Assembly (NCBI GenBank): GCA_021840255.1
Contig: JAKBYX010000002.1
Location: 33,325 to 97,324 of the forward strand
Direction of reading: 5' to 3'
From: Nitrospirota bacterium
Lineage (GTDB): Bacteria; Nitrospirota; Thermodesulfovibrionia; Thermodesulfovibrionales; JdFR-88
DNA length: 64,000 bases
The notes beneath the pieces were generated by a model. That model ran no database searches. It was not told the DNA's origin and saw nothing but the letters and a program-made list of their open reading frames with translations. This document shows positions 1 to 8,750 of this stretch, one piece after another. The position numbers were made by a program, and so were the translations under genes. How positions within the stretch are numbered: the first letter of the stretch is position 1; each line of letters begins with the position of its first letter.

Positions 1-314
1 AGCTCGTACTGAAGACTGAAGCCCAGGACGTCAAAATCCGCAAGCGGCCTTCCGCTTTCAAGGGCGGCAAGCGGCACGGAGTTTTCCCTCAGATAGGCCT
101 CCAGGTCCAGCCACGGGTGGAAAACCCGCTCCGCGGAGGCATAGGGCAGCCGGTTTATTATGTCGTAAAGCACCTTCAGCCCCAGATGGGACATGCCCAC
201 CTCGTACAGGTCGGGAAAGGCAAGGGCTACTTTAAGGGGCGCGTCTTTTTGGACCGCATTGAATTCTTTTCCAAGGTATCTTGACGGTTTAAGGAATCTT
301 TGAAGGTGCATCAT
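1..314 (-). CDS. radical SAM protein, TIGR03960-like (N-terminal part only; gene runs off the window start)
   Basis: Hand translation of the minus strand from the ATG at complement 312-314 gives MMHLQRFLKPSRYLGKEFNAVQKD..LKVALAFPDLYEVGMSHLGLKVLYDIINRL..FDVLGFSLQYEL. This matches the characteristic N-terminus of this family. It is absent from the ORF track because it is truncated. Confidence 0.6.
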   Translation of the reverse strand, partial: MMHLQRFLKPSRYLGKEFNAVQKDAPLKVALAFPDLYEVGMSHLGLKVLYDIINRLPYASAERVFHPWLDLEAYLRENSVPLAALESGRPLADFDVLGFSLQYE

Positions 315-506
315 TTAGGATATCAAACCGTTTGTATAATTTGATAGGGCCGCCTGGATTTTTCATTTTTATTTTGCGAGCGCCTTCAGTAGCGTGCCAG
401 TTTCAGTGAAAGGGGAAACCATCAGACGGGGCGGGTATTTATCAATTGAGACATTACTTGCCCGTCCATAAGTTGCGGGCGGCGCACCGGACAGGGCTTT
501 TCTTTT

Positions 507-536
507 TTGACAAGTCCCGGCATTTAGCCTTATATT
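507..536 (+). promoter_or_regulatory. candidate sigma70 promoter for ugd
   Basis: TTGACA (507-512), 18-nt spacer, TATATT (531-536), about 50 nt upstream of the ugd start. Hexamer match only. Confidence 0.4.
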
Positions 537-588
537 TTATTGTGCGGGTGTCTCTATCTTTCTACTAAAAAGGAGTGTTTCTCCCTCA

Positions 589-1893
589 ATGCACATAGGA
601 ATAATAGGCACAGGGTACGTGGGTCTGGTCACGGGCGCATGTTTTGCCGAGTTCGGCGTAAATGTGGTGTGCGCCGATAAGGACGGCGAAAAGATAGGCG
701 CTCTTAATGCGGGTAAAGTGCCGTTTTACGAACCTGGCCTTGAGCAGATAGTAGAGAAAAACGTAAAAAAGGGTTTTTTGCGGTTCACCACCAAATTATC
801 GGAGGCGGTGAGCCAAAGCCTGGTGGTCTTTATAGCAGTGGGCACGCCCCCTAGGGGTGACGGCTCGGCGGACCTGAGTTTTGTAGAGGAAGTGGCAAAG
901 GAGATCGCCCTTAACTTGGACGGCTACAAAGTGATAGTCACCAAAAGCACCGTCCCTGTCGGCACCGGCAGAAAACTGAAAAGGCTCATAAAGGAAAACC
1001 TGAAAGACGGCGGGGATTTTGATGTGGCCTCTAACCCCGAGTTCCTGAGGGAAGGCTCCGCCATTGAGGACTTCATGCGCCCGAACCGCGTGGTGATCGG
1101 CACGGATAGCCCCCAGGCGGCGGCCATACTCAAGGACCTGTATAATCCCCTCTACCTGCTGGATACGCCCTTTGTCCTTACTGACATCGAAACGGCCGAA
1201 CTGATAAAGTACGCCTCCAACGCCTTTCTCGCCACGAAGATATCCTTTATAAACGAGCTGTCGAGGCTGTGCGAAAAGGTGGGGGCCGATGTGGGCACGG
1301 TGGCCAAAGGAATGGGACTTGACAAGAGGATCGGGCCAAAATTCCTGCATGCGGGCCCCGGCTTCGGAGGCTCGTGTTTCCCAAAGGACACTAGGGCCAT
1401 CTTAACTCTTGCCAGGGAAAACGGCCTTGACCTGAGGCTGATAGAATCCTCCGTGCTGGTAAACGAAGAGCAGAAAATGCTGATGGCCGGAAAGATAAAA
1501 GACGCAATGGGTCCCCTGGGCGGGAAAACGCTTTGCGTCCTGGGGCTTTCCTTCAAGCCAAACACGGACGACATGCGGGAGGCCCCCGCCATAAGCATAA
1601 TAGGCGAGATCATGAAAGAAGGGGCCGCAGTAAGGGCATTTGACCCGGTTGCAACCGGGATGGCAAAGAAGGTCCTGCCGCCCGGCGTCTCCTACTTCAA
1701 AGACCCGTACGAAGCAGCCAATGGGGCGGACGGCCTTATCATCCTGACCGAATGGAATGAGCTCAGGAACCTGGATATGGGCAGGATGAAGGAAATCCTC
1801 GCGGGCGATTATTTCTTCGACTTCAGAAATATCTACGACCCGGCCAGGATGCGCCAGGCTGGTTTTAAATACTTCTCGGTGGGCCGGAGCTGA
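589..1893 (+). CDS. ugd: UDP-glucose 6-dehydrogenase
   Basis: N-terminal Rossmann motif IGTGYVGLVTGACFAEFG and catalytic GGSCFPKD. Length is 434 aa, typical of the UDP-glucose/GDP-mannose dehydrogenase family. Confidence 0.9.
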   Translation: MHIGIIGTGYVGLVTGACFAEFGVNVVCADKDGEKIGALNAGKVPFYEPGLEQIVEKNVKKGFLRFTTKLSEAVSQSLVVFIAVGTPPRGDGSADLSFVEEVAKEIALNLDGYKVIVTKSTVPVGTGRKLKRLIKENLKDGGDFDVASNPEFLREGSAIEDFMRPNRVVIGTDSPQAAAILKDLYNPLYLLDTPFVLTDIETAELIKYASNAFLATKISFINELSRLCEKVGADVGTVAKGMGLDKRIGPKFLHAGPGFGGSCFPKDTRAILTLARENGLDLRLIESSVLVNEEQKMLMAGKIKDAMGPLGGKTLCVLGLSFKPNTDDMREAPAISIIGEIMKEGAAVRAFDPVATGMAKKVLPPGVSYFKDPYEAANGADGLIILTEWNELRNLDMGRMKEILAGDYFFDFRNIYDPARMRQAGFKYFSVGRS

Positions 1894-1956
1894 TCTTTTA
1901 TATTTAAAATTAGAGCCCTTCAGGATTTCTGTGGAGGGCGGACGGCAAAGCTAAAA

Positions 1957-3234
1957 TCAAAAATACTTCTTTTTCTTTTTGAGGTATTCCTGCTCCACTT
2001 TGCTTCCCGGGTAGTCATGGGGATATTTGTAGCCCTCTCCGTGGCCCAAAACTTCCCTTGCTCCCCTGTAGTGGGTGTCTTTCAGGTGGTCCGGGACTTC
2101 CATTGTAGTCTCCTCCGCGACGTCCTTAAGGGCGCGTTCCAGGGCCATGTAGCTGGCGTTGCCTTTGGGCGCTTTTGAGGCGTAGGCAACGGCAAGGGCA
2201 AGAGGTATCCTGCCCTCCGGCATCCCCACGAACTCCACGGCCCGCAGCGCCGCCACCGCAAGCGCCAGGGCCTGCGGGTCTTCAAGCCCAATGTCCTCCG
2301 CGGCAAAGATTATTATCCTTCTTGCGATGAACCGCGGGTCTTCCCCCGCGTATATCATCTTTGCCAGGTAATATATAGCGGCATCGGGGTCCGAGCCCCT
2401 CATGCTTTTTATGAAAGCGGATATGGTGTCATAGTGCTGATCCCCGGCCTTGTCATAAACGACCGCTTTTTTCTGGATGGACTCCTCCGCGACCTCCATG
2501 GTCAAATGTACTTTTCCGTCGGGGGCAGGCGGGGTTGTCATGACCGCAAGCTCCAGGGCGGACAGCGCCTTTCTTGCGTCTCCATCCGAGAGCCTTGCAA
2601 GATGCCGGAGCGCGGCCTCAGCGGCTGAGACCGGCATGGCGCCAAGCCCCCTTTGCCCGTCCCTGAGGGCGGTTTCCATGATCTTAAGCAGGTCTTCCTC
2701 CTTGAGGGGTTTTAACTCGAAGACCTGGCTTCTGGACAGCAGTGCTGAATTTACATAGAAAAAAGGGTTTTCCACCGTGGCTGCTATAAGCGTGATGTTG
2801 CCTTCCTCGACATCTGGCAGCAGGGCGTCCTGCTGGAGCTTGTTCAAGCGATGAATCTCGTCCAGGAACAGGATGGTTTTATGGCCGGCCTTTGCCTGCG
2901 CGCGGGCCCCGGTGATCACCTTTCTTATATCCGGAAGCCCGGCTGTGGCCGCATTCAGCCACTCGAACCTGGCCCTGGTGTGATTGGCGATGACCCTGGC
3001 AAGCGCGGTTTTGCCGGTGCCGGGGGGGCCGTAGAGGATTATGGAGCTTATCTTGTCTGCCTGGATGGCCCGCCTTAAAAGCTTGCCCTCCCCAACGATA
3101 TGCCCCTGCCCCAGGTATTCGTCCAGGTCGCGGGGGCACATGCGGTAGGCAAGCGGTTTTTGCTGTTTTTGGTTTTTTTGCCCGTCTGTGGTGTTTTTGT
3201 TTTCTGGCTGGCTTCCGGAATCGAACAACTCCAT
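1957..3234 (-). CDS. rarA: replication-associated recombination protein A (AAA+ ATPase)
   Basis: Walker A ILYGPPGTGKTALARVIA, Walker B ILFLDEIHR and a MgsA-type C-terminal domain. The track ORF extends to 3312. I prefer the internal MELFDSG start (3234) because the family N-terminus is short. The N-terminus carries a Lys/Gln-rich insert. Confidence 0.85.
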   Translation of the reverse strand: MELFDSGSQPENKNTTDGQKNQKQQKPLAYRMCPRDLDEYLGQGHIVGEGKLLRRAIQADKISSIILYGPPGTGKTALARVIANHTRARFEWLNAATAGLPDIRKVITGARAQAKAGHKTILFLDEIHRLNKLQQDALLPDVEEGNITLIAATVENPFFYVNSALLSRSQVFELKPLKEEDLLKIMETALRDGQRGLGAMPVSAAEAALRHLARLSDGDARKALSALELAVMTTPPAPDGKVHLTMEVAEESIQKKAVVYDKAGDQHYDTISAFIKSMRGSDPDAAIYYLAKMIYAGEDPRFIARRIIIFAAEDIGLEDPQALALAVAALRAVEFVGMPEGRIPLALAVAYASKAPKGNASYMALERALKDVAEETTMEVPDHLKDTHYRGAREVLGHGEGYKYPHDYPGSKVEQEYLKKKKKYF

Positions 3235-3321
3235 TAGAAATTCTACCCCTAAAAGCGGATTATTGACAATCCCACTTGTCCGGTTCCTCCTTGAAATTCG
3301 CTCGCCGTTCACCTTTTTCCC

Positions 3322-3351
3322 TTGACAACTCCCCCATGTAACTGGTAATAA
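3322..3351 (+). promoter_or_regulatory. candidate sigma70 promoter (extended -10) for the EBP-like gene
   Basis: TTGACA (3322-3327), then about 18 nt, then TGgTAATAA (TG at 3343-3344, -10 at 3346-3351). Confidence 0.35.
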
Positions 3352-3429
3352 TTTCCGTCCCCAGAGTTTTTATTTTTCAGGAAAGATCCTCCGGGGGGGA
3401 GGAGACTTTTTGCTTCGTTTCTTGGCAAC

Positions 3430-4815
3430 ATGACCGGCAGAACAGTTCTTCTAATCAGCAACGATACTGCATACGCGGGTTTTTTAAAAAAAAACCTCGA
3501 ACCATCCGGCTATACCTTTGAATTGAGGGAGTCCCTTCCCGCCAATTTAAGGCGGACCGGTTATGAGGCGCGTCCACTGATGATAGACTTGGGAACGCCC
3601 CGTTCGGTCGAGATATTGTCCTCTTTCAGGGCGTACCACCCGGAGGCCAGCATCATAGCGGTCTCGAACGGCGACTTCCAGAAAATGGAGGAAGCCCTGA
3701 AGGCCGGGGCTTCCTACGTGGTCTTCGAGAGAAACGGCGGAGACCCCCATACCCTGAAAGAGACACTTAAGCGCATCTATGAAGGTTTTTCGGCCAGGCA
3801 GGAGCTGGAGGCGCTGAAGGCCCTTACGGAGCCAAGGATCGTGGCGAAAAGCTCCTGCATGAAGACCGCGATGAAGCTGGCCCAGGACGCTGCAACCCTG
3901 CCTTTTCCGAACGCCGATAAGCCGGTGGTTCTTTTCGGACAGCCGGGTTCAGGGCGCGAGCTTGTAGCAAGGCACATCCATCTAAGCAGCCACAGGGCAG
4001 GCATGCCGTTTGTGAGGGTGGAAGATGACGGCAGTCTGGCGGATTCGGTTATGGCCTCAAGGGGCGGCACGCTTTTCATAAAGGAACTGAAGGCGCTGGG
4101 CGAAGAGTCCATCGCCGCCATCAGGGGCCTTATAGGCAAAAAAGAGTTTTACCTGGCTGTTAAAGATGATGGGCCCCGTGAAGGTGATGGCCGCAGTGGA
4201 GACCAAAGCACGTTGCGGGCCGATGTGCGCGTCATGTGCGGCTGTTTTTGCACTGAAGACGTTTCCCTACTGCAGGGCATCGACTATATGGGGATCGAGG
4301 TCCCCTCGATAGAGGAGCGCAAAGAGGACATAGTGCCGCTTGCGAACCATTTTATGGAAGAATTGTCGGCGCTTCTTAAGACCGGGAAAAAATATCTGAC
4401 CAAGAGCGCCCGGGAGGCGCTCGTGGATCGGGAATACCCGGATGGGGTGTCCGGGCTAAAGAAGCTTGTGCACAGGGCCTACTTCCTTGGCACAACGAGC
4501 GCCATAGGAGACAAGGACCTCCTGGGCTCGGAATTCCTGGGAAAATATTCCTTTAAAAACTTTCTGGATGAAAGGCTCAGGCTTTATCTGAGGAAGATGG
4601 CCCAGCTTGAACGCTCAAATCTTTATGACACTGTTGTGGGTGAGGTGGAAAAGGCCCTGATCGAACTGGCCCTAAGCGAAATGAAAGGCAATAAGCTGAG
4701 GGCGGCAAAGGCCCTTGGCATGAACAGGAACACGTTCCGGGCGAAGCTTAAGAGCCTTAAGATCAAGGAAGACGTGAAGCGCACCGCCGCATCTTCCGGC
4801 AAGACCTCAAAGTAA
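3430..4815 (+). CDS. NtrC/Fis-family enhancer-binding-protein homologue with degenerate receiver and AAA+ modules
   Basis: It has a receiver-like N-terminus and an AAA+ core with GQPGSGRE in place of GESGTGKE and TLFIKEL in place of TLFLDEI. No GAFTGA segment is present. The SIEERKEDIVPLANHF sensor region is retained. The C-terminal Fis-type HTH reads KGNKLRAAKALGMNRNTFRAKLK. Confidence 0.8.
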   Translation: MTGRTVLLISNDTAYAGFLKKNLEPSGYTFELRESLPANLRRTGYEARPLMIDLGTPRSVEILSSFRAYHPEASIIAVSNGDFQKMEEALKAGASYVVFERNGGDPHTLKETLKRIYEGFSARQELEALKALTEPRIVAKSSCMKTAMKLAQDAATLPFPNADKPVVLFGQPGSGRELVARHIHLSSHRAGMPFVRVEDDGSLADSVMASRGGTLFIKELKALGEESIAAIRGLIGKKEFYLAVKDDGPREGDGRSGDQSTLRADVRVMCGCFCTEDVSLLQGIDYMGIEVPSIEERKEDIVPLANHFMEELSALLKTGKKYLTKSAREALVDREYPDGVSGLKKLVHRAYFLGTTSAIGDKDLLGSEFLGKYSFKNFLDERLRLYLRKMAQLERSNLYDTVVGEVEKALIELALSEMKGNKLRAAKALGMNRNTFRAKLKSLKIKEDVKRTAASSGKTSK

Positions 4816-4849
4816 AAAAACAAAAACAAAAGTTAAAAGAGTAAAACTT

Positions 4850-5650
4850 CTAAAGGCGGGTGCCGCTCAAGGCGTCCTTGCACGGACAGCCTCTTTGTTC
4901 AGGTATCAGGAAGAATGTTTTCTTAAGCAGCGCCATTACGGAGGCTGTGCTCTTTGCCATTGTCTCCACCACCTCCGTGGTGGTCAGTTTGTTTGCGGCC
5001 GAAACGCCTGCCGCAAAGTTCGTGATCACTGACACCGCGGCGTAGCAGAGCTCAAGCTCCCTGGCCAGTGCGGCCTCCGGCATGCCTGTCATGCCGACAA
5101 TGTGCGCTCCCGCGCGTCTGAAAAACTCGATCTCCGCCCGGCTCTCAAGCCTTGGCCCGTTCGTGCAGACGTACGTTGCGCCGGAAGTAACCGGAATCCC
5201 TTCCGCCTGGCTGGCTTTCAGGATGGCTGCTCTAATCTCCGGGCAGTAAGGATCTGTAAAGTCGATGTGCACCACATCCGGCCCGTCATGGAAAGTGGAT
5301 GGGCGCGCGCCCTGGGTGAAGTCCAGGGCCTGGTCCGGCAGAACGATGCTACCAGGGGGAAGCTCCGGGTCTATTCCTCCCACCGCGTTTATCCCCAAAA
5401 TGCGCTCCACGCCCAATTCCCTCATTCCCCAGATGTTTGCCCTGTAGTTTACCTTGTGGGGAGGGATGGAATGTTTTGTCCCGTGGCGCGGCAGGAAAAC
5501 CACCTGGGTGCCTGCGTCATCCGCGATCCCGGCAATAAGATAAGGTCCGGAGGGTTCCCCGAATGGGGTGCTCACACACTCCTCTTTCAGGTGCAGGAAC
5601 CCTGGGACCCCGTAAAGGCCGCTTCCGCCTATGATGCCCAGTTTCGGCAT
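4850..5650 (-). CDS. mtnP: S-methyl-5'-thioadenosine phosphorylase (purine nucleoside phosphorylase family)
   Basis: MPKLGIIGGSGLY N-terminus, then FLPRHG..H.IPPHKVNYRANIW and GMTGMPEA motifs typical of MTAP. Length is 266 aa. Confidence 0.85.
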   Translation of the reverse strand: MPKLGIIGGSGLYGVPGFLHLKEECVSTPFGEPSGPYLIAGIADDAGTQVVFLPRHGTKHSIPPHKVNYRANIWGMRELGVERILGINAVGGIDPELPPGSIVLPDQALDFTQGARPSTFHDGPDVVHIDFTDPYCPEIRAAILKASQAEGIPVTSGATYVCTNGPRLESRAEIEFFRRAGAHIVGMTGMPEAALARELELCYAAVSVITNFAAGVSAANKLTTTEVVETMAKSTASVMALLKKTFFLIPEQRGCPCKDALSGTRL

Positions 5651-5815
5651 GCTATAATACTAACAAAAGAGCGGTCCCAAATAAAAATTCAAGAAATAAA
5701 CAGAAACAAAACAAAAATCAAGAAAGATCGAAAAATTCCTTCCCTGAACAAACGGCAAATCAGGACAAAAAGATAAAAATTTAAAAAACGATCGGCATAA
5801 GGTAAAAAATTCCAA

Positions 5816-7204
5816 ATGATAGATACCGGACTTATGAAAGAGACGCTTGAGGCGGTTCTTGCCTCAGGCGGTGCGGCATATGCCGACCTTTATGTGGAGG
5901 CCAGCAGGAGCACGAGCATCCAGATAGAAGACAGCAAGGTGGAAAAGCTCCTTGAAGGCACCGATTCAGGGGCGGGACTCAGGCTTATCCGCGACGGCAA
6001 GACTTCCTACGCCTATACGAACGAGCTGGCAAAAAAGGCCTTTCTGCAGATGGCCTCCGGGCTCAGGGCCGCGGCCAGCGAGGGACATTTTTCCGGCAAG
6101 GACCTCGATCTGGTGAGGAGGGCCCCGGCCGTGGAGTACACGGTCAAAATAGACCCGGGCCAGGTGCCGCTGGAAAAAAAAGTGAGCATGCTCAAGGAGG
6201 CGGAAAAAGCCGCGCGGTCCTATCACAGCAGCATAAAGCAGGTGAGCGTAACATACCGTGAGCTCGCCCAGAAGGTCCAGATAGCCTCTTCCGAAGGTTT
6301 TCTGGCGATAGACGACCGCATCCAGACCATTTTCCTGATAAATGTGATAGCCCGGGAGGGCGATGTCGTGCAGACGGGCTATGAGCCTATAGGCGGGGCC
6401 ATGGGTTTTGAGATCTTCGATGATACCCCCGCGGTGGAGGCCGCTCTGAAGGCCGCAAAAAAAGCGGTCATGATGCTTAAGGCAAGGAGGGCCCCGGGCG
6501 GAAGAATGCCCGTCGTCATATCTTCCCAGGCTGGCGGAACGATGATCCACGAGGCAGTTGGTCACGGCCTGGAGGCTGATCTTTCGCAGCAGGGCCTTTC
6601 GATCTATTCAGGCAAAATGGGGCAGAAGATCGCAGCGGATATAATCTCAGTGGTCGATGACGCGACTATCCCCGGGAAGCGCGGGTCTTTCAGGTTCGAC
6701 GACGAGGGTACTCCCGCCCAGAAGACCGTGCTCATAAAAGACGGTGTGCTCACGGGTTTCATGTACGACAGGCTTTCGGCCATGAAGGCCGGGGCCAGCC
6801 CGACCGGAAACGGCAGGAGGCAGTCCTACCGGCACAGGCCCATTCCCAGGATGACCAATACGATGATCAGCCCCGGCAAGACGCCCGCCGGGGAGATACT
6901 TAAAAGTACGCCCAAGGGTCTTCTCGTAAAAAAGATGGGCGGCGGCCAGGTAAACACACTGACTGGCGATTTTGTTTTTGATGTCCAGGAAGGCTATCTC
7001 ATAGAGGACGGCCAGGCCGGCCCCCCGGTGCGCGGCGCCACGCTGGCAGGCAACGGGCCGCGCGTTCTCATGGAAATAGACATGGCCGGGGCCGACCTCG
7101 GGTTCTCGATAGGCACCTGCGGCAAGGATTCCCAGGGGGTCCCGGTTTCCGATGCCCAGCCTACCATCAGGGTCCCTGAATTGGTGGTTGGCGGCGCTTC
7201 CTAA
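5816..7204 (+). CDS. tldD: TldD-family metalloprotease
   Basis: HEAVGHGLEAD metal-binding motif. Length is 462 aa, and the C-terminal GGQV..TGDFVF pattern matches the TldD/PmbA fold. Confidence 0.85.
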   Translation: MIDTGLMKETLEAVLASGGAAYADLYVEASRSTSIQIEDSKVEKLLEGTDSGAGLRLIRDGKTSYAYTNELAKKAFLQMASGLRAAASEGHFSGKDLDLVRRAPAVEYTVKIDPGQVPLEKKVSMLKEAEKAARSYHSSIKQVSVTYRELAQKVQIASSEGFLAIDDRIQTIFLINVIAREGDVVQTGYEPIGGAMGFEIFDDTPAVEAALKAAKKAVMMLKARRAPGGRMPVVISSQAGGTMIHEAVGHGLEADLSQQGLSIYSGKMGQKIAADIISVVDDATIPGKRGSFRFDDEGTPAQKTVLIKDGVLTGFMYDRLSAMKAGASPTGNGRRQSYRHRPIPRMTNTMISPGKTPAGEILKSTPKGLLVKKMGGGQVNTLTGDFVFDVQEGYLIEDGQAGPPVRGATLAGNGPRVLMEIDMAGADLGFSIGTCGKDSQGVPVSDAQPTIRVPELVVGGAS

Positions 7205-7377
7205 GATTAAAAACTGAAGGCAGCAGCCAGGTGGTCTTGCTTGCCTCGATTCCCAAGGGATAAAAAGCGGCCACATTCGGACCTGAGTGGATCAATAGTG
7301 TGTCTTTTTTGCAACGCATGAAGAATATTAACAACATATGCTCATGAGAAAACCCTTTATTTATAGATATTTCCGCC

Positions 7378-7392
7378 TGGCACGTTCATTGC
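7378..7392 (+). promoter_or_regulatory. sigma54-type -24/-12 promoter element immediately upstream of lpxC
   Basis: TGGCACgttcaTTGCA is an exact match to the TGGCAC-N5-TTGC core with correct GG-N10-GC spacing. It is the only such match I found on either strand. Confidence 0.4.
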
Positions 7393-7406
7393 AAGATAAA
7401 GAAGTG

Positions 7407-8300
7407 ATGAGAAACCAGCGGACATTGGAAACAGAAGTGATGATGGAAGGGGTGGGTTTACACACCGGCGCGCAGTCGGCCATGAGGCTTAAGCCCGCAC
7501 CCAATGACACAGGCATAGTCTTTTTTACCAAGGACGGGGAAGACAAAAAAAGAAAAACCATAAGCGCCACGGTAAACGCGGTCTGCGACACGGCGTTTTC
7601 CACAACCCTGGGGGCAGATGGGACGAGCGTTAAAACGGTAGAGCATCTGCTTGCGGCCCTCTCCGGGCTGGGCATAGACAATCTGCATATAGAGATAGAC
7701 GGCCCCGAGGTGCCTATTCTGGACGGCAGCTCCCAGCGCTTCGTTGATTCCATAATAGGAGCGGGCATTGCCATTCAGCCGTCGAAGAGGCCTTACCTCA
7801 AGATAATAAAACCGTTCATATTCAAGGAAGGCGACGCGGAGGCATCGGCGTTTCCATATGACGGAAGGCGGATCTCTTACCGGATATTCTATCCGCACAG
7901 GCTTCTGGGCCGGCAGGAGATGACCTTCGAGTTCGAAGAAGGCCCCTTTATAAGGGAGATCGCGCCTGCCAGGACCTTTGGCTTTCTGAAAGACGTCCAG
8001 TATCTAAGGACGATCGGCCTTGCGAAGGGCGGCTCGCTTGAGAATGCGGTTATCCTGAATGATACCGATGTCCTGAACTCCTCAGGGCTCAGGTTCAAGG
8101 ATGAGTTTTTGCGTCACAAGCTCCTGGATTTCATCGGGGACATGTCCCTGATGGGTTTCCCGGTACAGGGGCATATGAAGGCCAGCAGGACCGGCCACAC
8201 GAGCAACCTTAAATTCGCCAAGGCATTGCTTGCCGCCACCGATTGCTGGCAGATAGCCTACGACGTGGATCAGGATTTAACCAGCCTCAGATACGCCTGA
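7407..8300 (+). CDS. lpxC: UDP-3-O-acyl-N-acetylglucosamine deacetylase
   Basis: MRNQRTLETEVMMEGVGLHTG aligns with the LpxC N-terminus (MIKQRTLK..GVGLHTG). HKLLDFIGD and the GH..N..F C-terminal motifs are present. The track ORF starts at 7338, but homology begins at the 7407 Met. Confidence 0.9.
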   Translation: MRNQRTLETEVMMEGVGLHTGAQSAMRLKPAPNDTGIVFFTKDGEDKKRKTISATVNAVCDTAFSTTLGADGTSVKTVEHLLAALSGLGIDNLHIEIDGPEVPILDGSSQRFVDSIIGAGIAIQPSKRPYLKIIKPFIFKEGDAEASAFPYDGRRISYRIFYPHRLLGRQEMTFEFEEGPFIREIAPARTFGFLKDVQYLRTIGLAKGGSLENAVILNDTDVLNSSGLRFKDEFLRHKLLDFIGDMSLMGFPVQGHMKASRTGHTSNLKFAKALLAATDCWQIAYDVDQDLTSLRYA

Positions 8301-8340
8301 GTTTCTGTTTTGCCCCGGGTTAACTCTTTTAAATAAAAGA

Positions 8341-8398
8341 AGCTGGGAAGAGTTTTAATTTAAGACCGCTTAAAAATCTTCCCAGCTCAGCTTTTTTC
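8341..8398. terminator. hairpin between convergent lpxC and the H1-like gene (candidate bidirectional terminator)
   Basis: An 11-bp perfect stem, AGCTGGGAAGA (8341-8351) with TCTTCCCAGCT (8377-8387), followed by CAGCTTTTTTCC. The loop is long (25 nt), so confidence is moderate. Confidence 0.45.
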
Positions 8399-8417
8399 CT
8401 CAAATCAAAAACTTTTC

Positions 8418-8699
8418 TTATTTCTTCTTCGCTGCTGCCTTTTTTGCTGCCGGTTTTGCTGCTGTCTTCGCTGCCGGTTTGGCCGCTGCCTTTTTCGGGG
8501 CCGCTGCCTTCTTCGGAGCGGCTGCCTTCTTGGTCACTGTGGCCTTGGCTGCTGCCTTTTTCGGGGCCGCTGCCTTTTTCGGAGCGGCTGCCTTCTTGGT
8601 CACCGTGGTCTTGGCTGCTGCCTTTTTCGGAGCCGCCGCCTTCTTCGGGGCCGCTGCTGCCTTTGCTGCCGGTTTCTTCGCTGTCGCCATGTGTTTCAC
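8418..8699 (-). CDS. histone H1-like Lys/Ala-repeat nucleoid protein
   Basis: The 93-aa product is almost entirely AAPKKAAAPKKAAAK(T/A)TVTKK repeats. A strong RBS (AAGGAGG) lies upstream. Composition resembles bacterial H1-like/AlgP/Hc-type proteins. Confidence 0.75.
   Translation of the reverse strand: MKHMATAKKPAAKAAAAPKKAAAPKKAAAKTTVTKKAAAPKKAAAPKKAAAKATVTKKAAAPKKAAAPKKAAAKPAAKTAAKPAAKKAAAKKK
8454..8651 (-). repeat. three tandem ~66-nt coding repeats inside the H1-like gene
   Basis: Near-identical DNA units encode the 22-aa AAPKKAAAPKKAAAKxTVTKKA repeat. Confidence 0.85.
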
Positions 8700-8750
8700 C
8701 TCCTTTCTTTTTTGCCCCAGCCCCCCTCCTCGGGCCGGCCGGAGCAGCGG

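Noticed and set aside
8454-8651. Regularly spaced ~66-nt DNA repeats that could superficially suggest a CRISPR-like or satellite array
   Set aside because: The units are contiguous with no spacers. They lie inside an ORF with a strong RBS and encode a coherent 22-aa repeat, so this is a coding tandem repeat and not CRISPR.
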